DNA of 62,854 bases, counting the filler, from Hyphochytrium catenoides (Eukaryota > Protista > Hyphochytriomycota), in NCBI GenBank assembly GCA_900088475.1. It is 6 parts of 6 records of this genome, joined end to end, with 100 filler letters (N's around TTAATTAATTAA, not from the genome) between each part and the next. Parts side by side here need not be neighbours in the genome. Positions count along the whole stretch, not along the records: positions 7,565 to 20,258 come from FLMG01004493.1; positions 20,359 to 44,164 come from FLMG01000215.1; 4 more parts are not named here. One strand, given 5' to 3'. Position numbers and translations under genes: made by a program. Below are positions 12,201 to 23,839 of this stretch, in pieces. Each line of letters starts with the position of its first letter. Positions within the stretch are counted from its first letter, which is position 1. The notes below the pieces were generated by a model. The model was not told the DNA's origin. It saw only the letters and a program-made list of their open reading frames with translations, and made no database searches.

Positions 12201-13909
12201 TAAAGCAGCCAGAGCTTTCTATCATAAATAGAGAGTGCTGCAGTTAGTTGATACGAGTCGTAGTCGTTTCCTTTAACTGGCGATGAGACGGGACATCGGC
12301 AGCCTTAAGAAGTGCATCCTCCTTCGCCTTGTCTTGTGTGGAGGACCACGCAGCAGGCACCTAAGGCCCAGAGCGTTAGCTGAACTGACTGTGGAAAGTT
12401 CATCTTCTCGACAACCGAAGGATGAGGACAACGGAGAGAGGGGAAGGAGGGAAGAAAGAAGTGTAACAACCACTAAGATGACGGTGATAATGATGTGCAG
12501 TCATTCTCTCCTCCCCCACAGAGTCAAAATGATGATGGATGATGAATGAGGAGCCTAAGTCTAGCTTTTCTTCAGTGCCAGCAACCCTTGGCAGCAGATC
12601 TCTTCATCGTGATAGAATTCTGAGTGCAGATCTCCTCGAGAACAACTGCCATTCAAGTCGACAACTTATCTAACAACGTGCTACTCTCTTTAAGAGCTTT
12701 GACGACGGGGGCACCAGAAGAAAAGCGAGACGGTTGAAAAGCAGGACACATCGTTGGAAATCAACTTTCTTCTTAAGATGGCAAGGTCCAGGGGCGCAGA
12801 GAGGAGAATGGAGAATATCAGGAGGATGCAGCACCCGGCTGTGCACGGTTAAAGTCGTCGTAGGGGTGCTGTTGACGACGGCTTCATCAGCTACCTTATG
12901 ATGAAATCTACTAGTTAGCCTGTAGTTTTTGAAAAAGGAGACTGACAGTGCAGCCCTTCCACGGTTCGTGACAATCATCAAGACTATGACCACTATCCTC
13001 CTCCGTGGTGAAACAGGTGAAAAAGATAGTTACACCGTCGGTACTAGCGGTGATTAAGTTTATAAATAGAATAGTAGTACCAGTCGCTAACCCTGATCCA
13101 GGGTCGTCCTCCTCTCTCTTCTCTCGTCAGCAGCGCAGTATCAGCCTGTACGGAGAGATTGAGGGCTTAGTTCTTCAATCTTGCTTGGAAGCAGGAAGAA
13201 GATGGAGGTCGGCGGACCAGCAGCTCAAAGCGAAAGAGAAACTGCTTCAACAATGATCCTCAGTAGGAGAAGTTAGGTAATGGTGGGAGCAGGACGGGGA
13301 ACTAACGTGAGAGAAGACGAGGCGCCAAGGTGGAGAAGGAGAGTAATTCCGATACTGGCAAGGAGGAGTGATCGGGCGCCGCTTCTTCATCCAGCAGTTA
13401 ATAAACTTAGGGCGTGCGTTGGTTACAGCGGATCGATCCCCACCAACTTCTTGCTGCACCAGAGCGAGGGGGAATAATAACAACAGACGAAAGGAAAACC
13501 ACCACGACGGAGCAGAGCAGAGCAGATCTCCCTATGCTATGGGATTCTTAGTATCGATGTATGCCTCTTGCGCATAAAAAAGGCACCGCTGAGACATCAT
13601 CCATGAATGGCACCTGCAAACTTCAGTGTCTTAGCTTTTTTGTAGAGCTGCGCTATCCTAGTAGTATAGTCCGCCGATGGGATGGGTTGTTCTCAAGGTT
13701 GACGGCCGATCGACAGCGAGTGATGACTGCCATTCATCATCTTACCTCGAGGACAGAAGAGAGGAACCTGCTGCAGGACGAGGTTCTTCCTTAGGGCCGG
13801 ACCCTTGCAAGAACCTTGCAGGATCTCATAACAGCGATTCTAGCCCTTACAGCTGTCTGTCTTCTGCCTTGTGTTTTGGTGGTGCTAGCAACTTTCCTCT
13901 GAAGACGCC

Positions 13910-16900
13910 ATGATGGTGGCACCGGCCAAGTGTCAGCGGTCCCTTAATTGGACGAGGGCCGGAGGGGCATGGCTGACAGATTCCTTTGGCAGCAATGGTG
14001 GTTTTCTCCTCTCCTCCTTGGTTCTCCTATTGATGATGTCTCAGCTGGCTTCATCTCATAATGAAGACTGGACCAAGACCAGCGTTACGCAGCAGCAAAC
14101 AGCAACATCAGAAAGGTCATTGACGACAGCTTCAGATCGCAGTGGGACAGGAATAGTAGCTCTGGCAGAGCGTGATGATGGTGACCTGTCAACAAACATA
14201 ATGATTGCTGGAGGAACACTGTCCAGCAAGCTAATGTCGCGCGTGACCCGCTTTTATAACTATCTCAGTACCGTCGACGGCTCTGGCATGACACCCAGTG
14301 TGGTGAGCTATGCAGGGGTTGGCAGTAGCGTGGCTCGGGACAATTTCTTCCTTAAAAACACGGCAGATATTGCCCTTGTGGATGCTCCTCTTACCTCTTC
14401 AGATCTGGCAACCAAGTACACTGACCCCGATGTACAGATGCTTCCTGTTGCGGCCTCTGCCATCTGCCTCGTCTACAACTTGCCAGAGGCATCTAAGACG
14501 ATCACTCTCGATCGGCAAACCACGGCTCTTATCTTCCTCGGCGACATCATGTGGTGGAATGACTCAAGGATACTGGCCCTAAACCCTAACGCTGACATCC
14601 CTCAGCAGAAGATACGTGTTATCGTCCGTGCAGACAGCTCAGGCACAACTCAGGTCTTCACTCAAGCTCTCGGCAGCTTCTTGCCAGCATTTAGCACGCG
14701 TATCGGAACCAAGAGTCTTCCCGACTGGTGCGAGGGCCGCCAGGTATCGAGCGCTGACAAGAACCCTACCTACGGAGAAGTCACTTGCAACAAGGCAGCA
14801 CACTCAGAGTCCTGGACTTATTATCGCGCTAAAGGAACAGAAGGTGCAAGTGTCTCGGTGAGTTTGATACCGTATTCCATTTCCTATGGAACGTACGGCG
14901 AGGCTGCAGACATGAAGCTATCCATCAGTAATCTCGTCAACAAGGCAGGCACCACGGTGGCGCCAGGAGTAGATAGTATTGTCGGGGCCCTAATCATGGC
15001 TGAGGCGACACTAGACCACTACTGGAGAACTCCGCTACTTATCGACACGGACGCCCTTGGTGGCTGGCCCATAGTCGTCCTTCCCTACATCATCTATCAA
15101 AAGAAGACGCATATCGGAGACTGCACCACCCGTAAAGCACTCGTGCAATTCTTGCACTGGCTTCTAACAAGCAAGGACTTTGGCGCCATTGCCAGCGCTG
15201 TAGGCTTTACTTCGCTGACGGAGTTCACAAGGAATCGCATTGACAAAGAGATATTAGCTCAAGTACTTTGCGTGGATGCACCTGCCGACACCCGCCTTAC
15301 GCGGAAGACCTGCAATTCTCCGTCAAGCAACCGCTGCATAAGTCCTGGGTTCAAGGCTATGGTCATTCCTACGGTCTCTTTCCGTCATCCTGAGTACGTG
15401 TCTAGCATCGTGACGACCTACGCAGATATCATCCAGCAGGTACGCCCCTTCAGGCTGGAGCAGGATTCTACGCACATCTCAGACGAGGCCACGGCCTCTA
15501 GCCTGCTGGATCTTGCTTCACAGGGCACGATGGCCGTAGTCTTTCCCACGGAGCTGCTTGGCAAGGATGCGAACTATACGATGGTACTAGCTGCTTACGA
15601 GGACACCTCCATTGCCCCTTTCTTCGTCACGCCTGTGAAAATAGCCTTCAATTTGGGGTCAACTATCACAGAGCTGACTCTTACCAGCGAGACCTTAGCA
15701 CAGATCCTCATGGGGACGATTGAAAACTGGAACGACCTCAAGCTTGCGCCGCTGAACCCTTATATCAAGCTTCCTGACCTCGCAATCACCGTCTTAGTAG
15801 ATGATGTGAAATCGCCGGTGGCTAGAGCCCTTGCCAACTATCTCTCAGCCACGGACAAGCGCTTTGATGAGCGCTTGGGCCTTCCGCTGGCCGCCTCAAA
15901 GGCCGCGATCCGGCCGCTGGGAAGTCTCCAGGTGGTGGCGGCAGGAGTCACGGCGACGAATGGATCTATTGGCTTCATCTGGGGAACAAGTGACAAGTCC
16001 TTGTATGGGGCGAGCCTGGCTTTGAATGACAACAAGGGCGTGGTCAAAAGCGACATCGCTTCGCTTCAACAGTGCATCGACAGCTTGGGTGATAGCGCTA
16101 TTCTGACACCGTCTAAGTACGTGTCCATGTTTCAACCGATAGGTTGGGCAAGCAACTGCTGGCCGATCACCAAGTCCTTCAACGTGGGCATCAAGCGCGT
16201 GTGGGCCAGTGGTGAGAGCGTGGTAGCTGCTCGTTATGCCGATACCTTCCACTGGCTCGCTGAGGCCACAGTTGATGTTGTTGCCATGGCCCCACTTTCT
16301 TCCCGGAGCCGCGTGGCTAGATCAGTTTCGGAGATCCGGCTTGGCGCCAAATCTATTCTCAAGCCGGAGCCCTTATGCGGGCTTTCTGACATGGCCTTCA
16401 ACATCACTGAGTGCCTTCCGTCGAGAGGGGCCATGGTGGCAACGTTCTACTGGCTAAGGGGTCCAGAGGAGAAGTGGTGCTTAGACGGTCTTCCACTTCC
16501 ATCCGAAGTGCTGGTCGAGTGCGATCATATGCCACTAGACTCTCCTGTGACGAAGATGCTGCTAGCGCTCATCACGCTCTTCACAGCGATCTGCGTAGTG
16601 GTGCTCCTGCTGGCGCTTCACTTCCGCAGGACCAAGGTCATTACCTTGGGCCAAAGGACTTTCACGAACATGTTTCTCTTCGGCTCGATTCTCTTGAACC
16701 TCTCTGGGCTAACGCTCTTCGGGGAAAACACAAAGAGTTCGTGCAACCTTCGTGTCTGGCTGCTGTCCCTGAGCTTCACCATTACGTTCGCCCCTCTGCT
16801 GATGAAGCTCTACAGAATACACCGTCTCTTTAACCAGAAGCGGTTGAAAAGGATGACAATATCTAACATTGTCGTCATGATGGAGACCAGTGCCTTCATC

Positions 16901-17455
16901 GCTGTTGATCTGATTATCCTTGGCATCTGGAGCATCATCGCTTCACCAGGATCGACCTTAGTCAAGTTGTATATGCCATCACTGCTGTCGGATGTCACCT
17001 ATGAGCGCTGTGACTATGGTGATAGTACAGGTATCTACTTTGTCATCGGATGGAAGGTCGTTATCTTGGTCGTCGGGGTTCTGCTCTCCTTCAGAACCTG
17101 GAACTTGGTCGAGGACTTCTCGGAAGCAAAGCCTCTAGCCATCGCCATTTATAACACGATCCTCCTCGGCATTCTGGCGCTGGTGCTGACCAGCATGCCG
17201 TCAGCAAGCTCCTACACCTCTATCATTATCCTATCTATGTCTTGCTCCTTGATAGCGACAGTCCCGGTCATCCTCGTCATGGGCCCCAAGCTCTACTACC
17301 TCTACAAGTACAAAGAGGCGCGAAGCAGCGGAACTTCAATGGGAGTTACAGGCACCACCACATCGGCCAACGCTCGCAATGGAGAAAGCACCAAGAACGA
17401 GAAGAAATCTTCGCAACAGGTCCAGCCTGAGAAGGTCGACCCCGCCACAAAGTAG
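13910..17455 (+). CDS. Class C-type GPCR (7tm_3) with two N-terminal PstS-like phosphate-binding domains; intronless, 1181 aa
   Basis: Signal-like hydrophobic segment at aa ~32-49. PstS motifs: AGGTL, YAGVGSS, VDAPL, LVYNLP, IFLGDIMWWND...LNP, VRADSSGTTQVFT, NKAGTTVAP and WPIV. A second, degenerate PstS repeat has LAQILMGTIENWND...LNPYIKLPDLAITV and GSIGFI. A four-Cys linker leads to seven hydrophobic helices with CNLRVW, KLYRIHRLF, FSEAKPLAIAIYN and PKLY. Confidence 0.9.
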   Translation: MMVAPAKCQRSLNWTRAGGAWLTDSFGSNGGFLLSSLVLLLMMSQLASSHNEDWTKTSVTQQQTATSERSLTTASDRSGTGIVALAERDDGDLSTNIMIAGGTLSSKLMSRVTRFYNYLSTVDGSGMTPSVVSYAGVGSSVARDNFFLKNTADIALVDAPLTSSDLATKYTDPDVQMLPVAASAICLVYNLPEASKTITLDRQTTALIFLGDIMWWNDSRILALNPNADIPQQKIRVIVRADSSGTTQVFTQALGSFLPAFSTRIGTKSLPDWCEGRQVSSADKNPTYGEVTCNKAAHSESWTYYRAKGTEGASVSVSLIPYSISYGTYGEAADMKLSISNLVNKAGTTVAPGVDSIVGALIMAEATLDHYWRTPLLIDTDALGGWPIVVLPYIIYQKKTHIGDCTTRKALVQFLHWLLTSKDFGAIASAVGFTSLTEFTRNRIDKEILAQVLCVDAPADTRLTRKTCNSPSSNRCISPGFKAMVIPTVSFRHPEYVSSIVTTYADIIQQVRPFRLEQDSTHISDEATASSLLDLASQGTMAVVFPTELLGKDANYTMVLAAYEDTSIAPFFVTPVKIAFNLGSTITELTLTSETLAQILMGTIENWNDLKLAPLNPYIKLPDLAITVLVDDVKSPVARALANYLSATDKRFDERLGLPLAASKAAIRPLGSLQVVAAGVTATNGSIGFIWGTSDKSLYGASLALNDNKGVVKSDIASLQQCIDSLGDSAILTPSKYVSMFQPIGWASNCWPITKSFNVGIKRVWASGESVVAARYADTFHWLAEATVDVVAMAPLSSRSRVARSVSEIRLGAKSILKPEPLCGLSDMAFNITECLPSRGAMVATFYWLRGPEEKWCLDGLPLPSEVLVECDHMPLDSPVTKMLLALITLFTAICVVVLLLALHFRRTKVITLGQRTFTNMFLFGSILLNLSGLTLFGENTKSSCNLRVWLLSLSFTITFAPLLMKLYRIHRLFNQKRLKRMTISNIVVMMETSAFIAVDLIILGIWSIIASPGSTLVKLYMPSLLSDVTYERCDYGDSTGIYFVIGWKVVILVVGVLLSFRTWNLVEDFSEAKPLAIAIYNTILLGILALVLTSMPSASSYTSIIILSMSCSLIATVPVILVMGPKLYYLYKYKEARSSGTSMGVTGTTTSANARNGESTKNEKKSSQQVQPEKVDPATK

Positions 17456-18789
17456 CAGCTTACGCTCAGCTGTCGGTAAGGACCTGATAGTTGATAAGAA
17501 GTTCGCCTCTATAGCGAATAACCCCAAATAATCGAAGACCCAAGCTCCTCTGAACGTCCTTCTCTTTGACAGTTCTTCTCGCTAGCTTGCATACCCTAGT
17601 GTCCTTGATAGACTTTACCCTCCACGGTCATTCATACTGATGCCGACATCATCATAGAGACGCTTCTGTCCGTTTGTCTCCCATGCCTTCAACGTGCTGT
17701 CAACGATTAGCGGGCTGTTGTCCGCCAGGAGGCTTGATGCGGCGGTCGGTTTGCCTGTAGAACACCGGACTGTAAAGCCAAGAAGAGCAGATGAACTGTC
17801 AGGAAATGACCCGCCTGGCGCAATGCGGTACCATCAGAGTGCCCAAGGGTCGGGAAGTAGTAGAGCGCCTGGGCGATAGACAATCCTTCTCATGTGTCTG
17901 GGAGGGCCATTCGACGTCTCAGTGTGCCTGTGGTGCGCACAGTGACCATCTCTCCTGCCCTTGGCGTACAGCTTACCCTCGTCTCAGCCTCATAAGTAGC
18001 GGATTGGAGGGCCCTGTGCCTTTCAAGCGAGGCAGGACAGACAAGATAGACACAGAAGACAAGCACACATCCCAAACCCCATCAGCTAGCAGCGGAGATG
18101 CGTGCAGTGGATGAACAAAGAACTGAGGTCCATCTGTCCGCTGGTGACGACAGAGACTCTGCGCCATCAACATCCGGTGCAATGGCTGGTAATAGATTTA
18201 TTGAAGGCATGGAGAAACCTAGCATGTTCCACTGCGGGAGGTCACTATGGATGCCGCCAGAACCCAGGTCCGCAAGGCCAGGTTGACGGCGCCGCAGCCT
18301 AGTAAACAGCCCAGCTCATGAACATCAAAGGCTTCTCGCGTGTATCCTCACTTGCAGCGGGAGATGTGGCTCACCTCTGAGAGGAGGAAGCCATGGCAAA
18401 GGGAAGGACAGAGCGCAAAGAGCGAAAGAGAGAGAGAAAGAGAGAGAGAGAGCGGCTGACAAAGATGAAGGAAAGAGGCAATACATCGGACCCAGAGCAG
18501 TGCGTGGTCAGGAGAAAGCAGACCACAGAAGGCCGAAGACTCAGTCTCTGCTTGCTGGTCCAGCCTCCAGGTCAGGCATCGTGAGAGTCTATGAAGAGGA
18601 GAAGGAGGATTGCCAGTCAGTCCTGCTCCTTCGCCGCCGCTCGCTGGTGATGCCGTCAGGAGACGGAGCAATTTTGGAGCTGACAAGGACCAAGAGAGAC
18701 AGAGAAAGAGAGAGAGAGCTCGCAATGATGAGGAGTTTGAGGCGGGCCCAGTGATCATCGAAAGGTCATTCATACAGACCAAAACCCAA

Positions 18790-19500
18790 TTAGAGAGGGA
18801 AGGGGGAGAGACAGAGAGAGAAAGAGTCAATGACAGAGAGAAGGAAGAGAGACAGAGAGAAAGAGTGAGACAGAGGGAGAGAGAGAGAGAGAGAGTGAGA
18901 GAGAGACAGAGACAGAGGGACAGAGAGAGAGTGAGAGAGAGACAGAGAGAGAGACAGAGAGAGACAGACAGAGAGAGAGAGAGTAAGAGAGAGAGAGAGA
19001 GAGAGANNNNNNNNNNNNNNNNNNNNNNNNNNNNNNNNNNNNNNAGAGAGAGAGACAGAGAGAGAGAGAGAGACAGGAGAGAGAGAGGAAAGAGAGCACC
19101 TGGAAGTTGTTGGGGGTTGGCGGGAATATTCGATTGGAGTCCCACCCACCTTGGCCCCAAGCGATATGAGCTTTATTGGTGGTGGGTGGGTCGGCCCCTA
19201 GAGAATCAGAAGGAAGTTCACCATTGATCCTTATCAGCCCATATTAACCGCCCCCTCTCACCTAATAAAGCCTTCAGGGATTGAACTACCTGATACTTAA
19301 CCGCGGCGAGGGAGGATGAGGGTGTGGAAGCGCACGTTCAGCTAGCTCTCTAACCCTCTCTCTCTCTCTCTCGCTCTCGCTCTCTCTCTCTCCTCCCTCC
19401 CTCTCTCTTTTCTCTCTCTCCCTCTCTCTCCCTCTCTCTCCCTCTCTCTCTCTCTCTCTTTCTTTCTCTCTCTCTCTCTCCCTCTCTGTCTGCTCACACT
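18790..19500. repeat. (GA)n/(CT)n microsatellite-rich tracts
   Basis: Long GAGA/GACA runs at 18790-19095 (with an N gap at 19007-19044) and CT runs at 19345-19490. Confidence 0.9.
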
Positions 19501-20258
19501 TATGTGGTTTTCCATCCCAATTTTTTCTCTCCCTTCAATCCCTTGAGAGAGCCTTCCCTCTTCTGTCACCTTGTGTCCGTCAATCTCTCTCTCTTGTGAT
19601 TATCGCGCTTGTCTCTCCTTTGCTGCCGGCATCCACAGCGCTCCTCCCAGCAGCCCACTACTAGGTGACAATAGACACATTCAGCGGTTGCTCCTGAAGT
19701 GCCTGCAGTTGCTCTCACTTCGGTCTCTCTACTCCCAGCTCAACAGGGTGCTTCTTTCTTTCTCTCAGTCTCTCTCTCTCAGTCTCTCTCAGTCTCTCTC
19801 TCTCTCTCTTGATGCTTAGTAGAGCACCGTCTCTTTGAGGTTTCTCTTTCTTTTCACTGAGGCAAGAGAACAGAGGATAAAACCTGATCTTCGCATCACC
19901 TTGTGGCTGGAAAGAACTGCACCATCGGCTTTTCTACCTTCAATTGAAGGCGAAAGACTTGCAGCAGAGCTGGGAGAGCGAAAGGAGTAAGGAAGTCGGT
20001 CACCGTGCTGGCAGTATGTCAGGTTAGAGCATCTTTCTCTCTCTTTGTCTCTCTCTCATCCTTGCTCTCTCCCTCTCTTGGCTGCAGGCTCTCTCTTGCC
20101 TCCTCCCCCTATTGGGCTTTATTTCTCAGGCCTCCGGGCTGCTTTTCTTCCTCTCCCCTTCTGGAGCCCACCATCCTCTGGCAGCGAGACTGTGCTTATC
20201 TTAATATTGACTTGCATATCTATCTATGTGAGGCGTTAGACCTTCTCTCTCTCTCTCT

Positions 20259-20358
20259 NNNNNNNNNNNNNNNNNNNNNNNNNNNNNNNNNNNNNNNNNN
20301 NNTTAATTAATTAANNNNNNNNNNNNNNNNNNNNNNNNNNNNNNNNNNNNNNNNNNNN
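20259..20358. other. Artificial scaffold-joining spacer
   Basis: N44-TTAATTAATTAA-N44. Confidence 0.97.
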
Positions 20359-23300
20359 AGAGTAATCAGCTTCTTAGAATGCCCATGATAGATAAGCAAG
20401 GCTGCTTGACAGAGCACCTGCTGTACCACCGACCTGCTGCCCCAGGGGAGAAGAAAGCTTGAACTGAAGGCCCTTCCCTTATTATATGGCGATGATAAAA
20501 GCTACTGGTAGGGTCCGTAACTCAAAACAGACAGGTCCGATGCTGATGCTCCTCCTTTCTTCTTCCGTTTTTTTTGTGGATGATGCTCTTCTTCTTCTTC
20601 ACCACTGGTGGCGAGTAATAATAGGGCCTGCTACTGGGTCCTGCCGCTAAATAATGACAGGAACGATACTAGCTGGTCAAATATTGGTTGGTACAGGCTT
20701 ACCAGGAAAGGCGACAACTTGTACAGCGGTATCGCGTACCACGGAGGATGATGTATGTTGTTTGGTGCTCTCTCCACCTTATAATTATTCCGCTTATTCT
20801 CAATATCCTGATAAAGGTCGGTTGGCCAGGCACTCGCTTCATAGTGTGAAAGATTAGCAGTGTCTCTTAATGTTGGGTGTGGTATGAAGAGGAGGAGGAC
20901 GACCCAGACACAAAAAAAGAGTGATCAAGGAGGAGAAAAGTGACAAGAAGAAGAAAAGAAGACGACCCCTTGTTGCATGGTTTGCCTCCTGCTGAACGCC
21001 TGTAGAACTTTATTAATGGTAGAAGATATAGGGACGACGTCTTCTCACAAACAGCAGTTCCTGGACAGAAGGCGGCGCTGCTGCCGCCAATTTGGTGAAT
21101 TCTTTGTCTGCTCTCTTTCGTATGAGATGCGTTTGTCTATCTCTTGTTGCGTTGTTGTAAGCATACTTTTCTAAATAAACCGATTGCTGCCTCTACAATC
21201 CGCTATGAGTACTTGGGTTTTGCTTGCCGCCGGACGAACTATCTTGCTAGATAAGAAGCTCAGCGCCGTTTTCCAAGGTCTATCGAACGTAACAGCAAGC
21301 TACTTTGGCGCCTTTATTCCTTTTTTAGTCCTCATTCTTTGGTGATGGTGGTGGTGTTCAGGTTGCTTCTACCATTTTTGAGCCTGCCCTGTTGCAGTGC
21401 CTACTACTACTGCTTCTTTCTTCTGCTACCTCGTTTGCTTCTTCAGGAAGAGCCCCTCTCCACCATCTTGTTTTTTCTTCCATGTCTCCTCCTTCTTCCT
21501 TTCTTGTTTCCTTTTCTGCGTCGTGGTGTCTCAGGGCTGTCAGCTCCTCCTCCCTCAAGGCCGTATTAATAAAGGCCCAGCAGCGAGTGAAGTGGCTAGT
21601 TCCCTTCTTTTTTGGTGCCAGCAAGCAGACGCTAAGAAAACCACACACAAGTAGCGTTTCATTCATACTCCACTATAGGTCTGGTGTTTGGTCTTTTCAC
21701 ACTGCCCAGAAACGAGAGGCCACCTTACTGTCTACCTCCTACCTACTAGCTAGTTCCTACAGCGAGCACCTACTACTGCCAACCAACAATCAATGGGAAT
21801 ATGGAGCAATCGTGCTATTTTAATTATACCTCTCCTTTCATCCTCCCACCACGAATATTGCCTGTAGAACTACCTACTCAGAATTTTGAATGCTCTCCAT
21901 ACTTCTTGTGGTGCTTCTTTTTCCTCATGACCCATCAACCATCAACCTGCGCTCTCTTCTTCTTCTTTCTCTGCAGCTACCTTCCCCTTTTCCATCTTCC
22001 TCTTCTGCTTCCTGACTTCTTCTTCTCCTTTGTCTTCTCCCTGTTCTTCTTCTTGTCCTTCTAATCGTAACCTTATACGTCCTTATAATAGTACAGGCAA
22101 ACAAAGGCAGGAGGAGAACATCATCATCAGCAAAGCGAAGCAGCAAGAAACGAGGAAGAAGGTGAACGTGTTTGGCCCTTAAAAGCTGCCTCTGATGTCC
22201 CTCTCTATTCTTTGTCACATTTGGCTGCTGGATAGAAAAGGCTGACAACGCACTACAGCAAGCCCAGCAATCCAGTAACAGCCAGAACAGAACCGAGACC
22301 AGGATATTATTTTACAAAGGCCCGGTAAGGTAACCACATCTTGGCCATCTGAGGTCATTATTACTTCACCAAATCGTACCTGTGCAAGGCTTGACAGCCC
22401 TTCGTCACACACGACAGAGCTTAACATGCACAACGCACATCACGGACAGTCGTGGATGTATGGCCTCAGTCAGGCTTCTTACTGGTCAGATGGGCTTTCA
22501 TTGAGACTATCTCAGGGTATATACTACTTGTGGAGATTAAGAAAGCACTAAGTATTATACCCTTTGAATAGAGGAATGGATAATCAAGAATAAGCCTGTG
22601 ATAATGAAAAGATTAATACGACGATATTAGGAGGTTTTGGTCAGATCTTTTGGCATCTTTGAGGGGCACCACATAGCCTTTTGGCCGTGCACTCTCCTTC
22701 CTCCTCCCTCTTCCTTGCGGCTTCCTTCCCTTGGTCCTCACGCAACAACAGCAGCGGCCATGGCTGAATCTTTTTGATCGCCGCGGCAGCGCAGCTTCAA
22801 CTCACGGGGCGGCGCCACTGGATTTCCTGCTGATGGTTCAGAGCGCGAGGCGTCCAGCTGCTGAGGTGGAAACGAGAAGTCACAGTTCACTTTCTAGAGG
22901 GTCTTGAGGGGCGAGGTGGCGGGGAGGCTTCGTAATGGGTGGACTGCAATAGACAGATTAGTCTTTGCTGGCATGTGGAAGAGACCACTAGTTCCTATCC
23001 CGTCACAGATGGCTCTTCTTCCTCCTCCTCCTGATAGCTGATAAGCTGGTGGGACGGTTCCCTACTATCGGCCTCACATCTGTCTTCACGATGTTCCATG
23101 CCTCGCAATGACCTCTCTTCTAAGGGTTAACTAAGATAGTTGGCCTTACTTGTTCTCTTCTTCTTCTTCTTCTTCTGTGGAATGGACCTCTGCATGCCTG
23201 ACCGAAGAGCCAGTCCCAATCGTGGCATTGTGCCGCTAGTTGAATCAAGATGTGGTCATGTGAAGATCTAGTAAAGGGAGAGCCGAAGGCGAGCCTCACA

Positions 23301-23839
23301 CTTAGGAGATATACCAAGTTGAAGGGGTGATGACGTGGTGGGCGATAGCCTTTCTCAGAGTCATATTCTTCTCCTTTTCGTAGCCCTCTCCTCGTCTTCG
23401 TCACCTGCTCATGGTCCTCTAATAAGAGCTCCTAGTCAGGACAAACGCCAAAAGTGAGGAGGGATAAGGACATGTAGGCAAAGAAACAGCTGAAGCTGCA
23501 GAGAGCTTGTGGCCAGAATGGAATGTTGCTAACCTTCAGTTCTTAAGAACCTTTGTCTTCCTCATCCTCCTCAAGTGTTGGACAGCTTCTGTCTCTACGA
23601 GTATGATAATAGAAGAAATTCCCTACTAACTGAGCACTAGGAACTAGCTCAACTATCACTGAGAACTGGGCGGCAGATTCTTCAATCATCTGCCATTTCT
23701 CATTCTTCAACTTCCTTCATAACTTCAACACCATCAGCTACTACTACTGACCGATACTCGGTCGCTGCGATCGACAAGCAAGAGGTTTCTAAAGCGGCAG
23801 GCCCTTTATTCCTGTCCAGGCATCTAAATCACGGACATC

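Noticed and set aside
12720-12830. Chromodomain-like KSRTHRWKSTFFLRWQGPGAQRGEW on the + strand
   Set aside because: The resemblance is weak and there is no adjacent integrase or RT sequence to support a chromovirus remnant.
21358-23450. Exon-like and Cys-rich fragments suggesting a decayed minus-strand gene
   Set aside because: No consistent frame or family could be established from the sequence alone.
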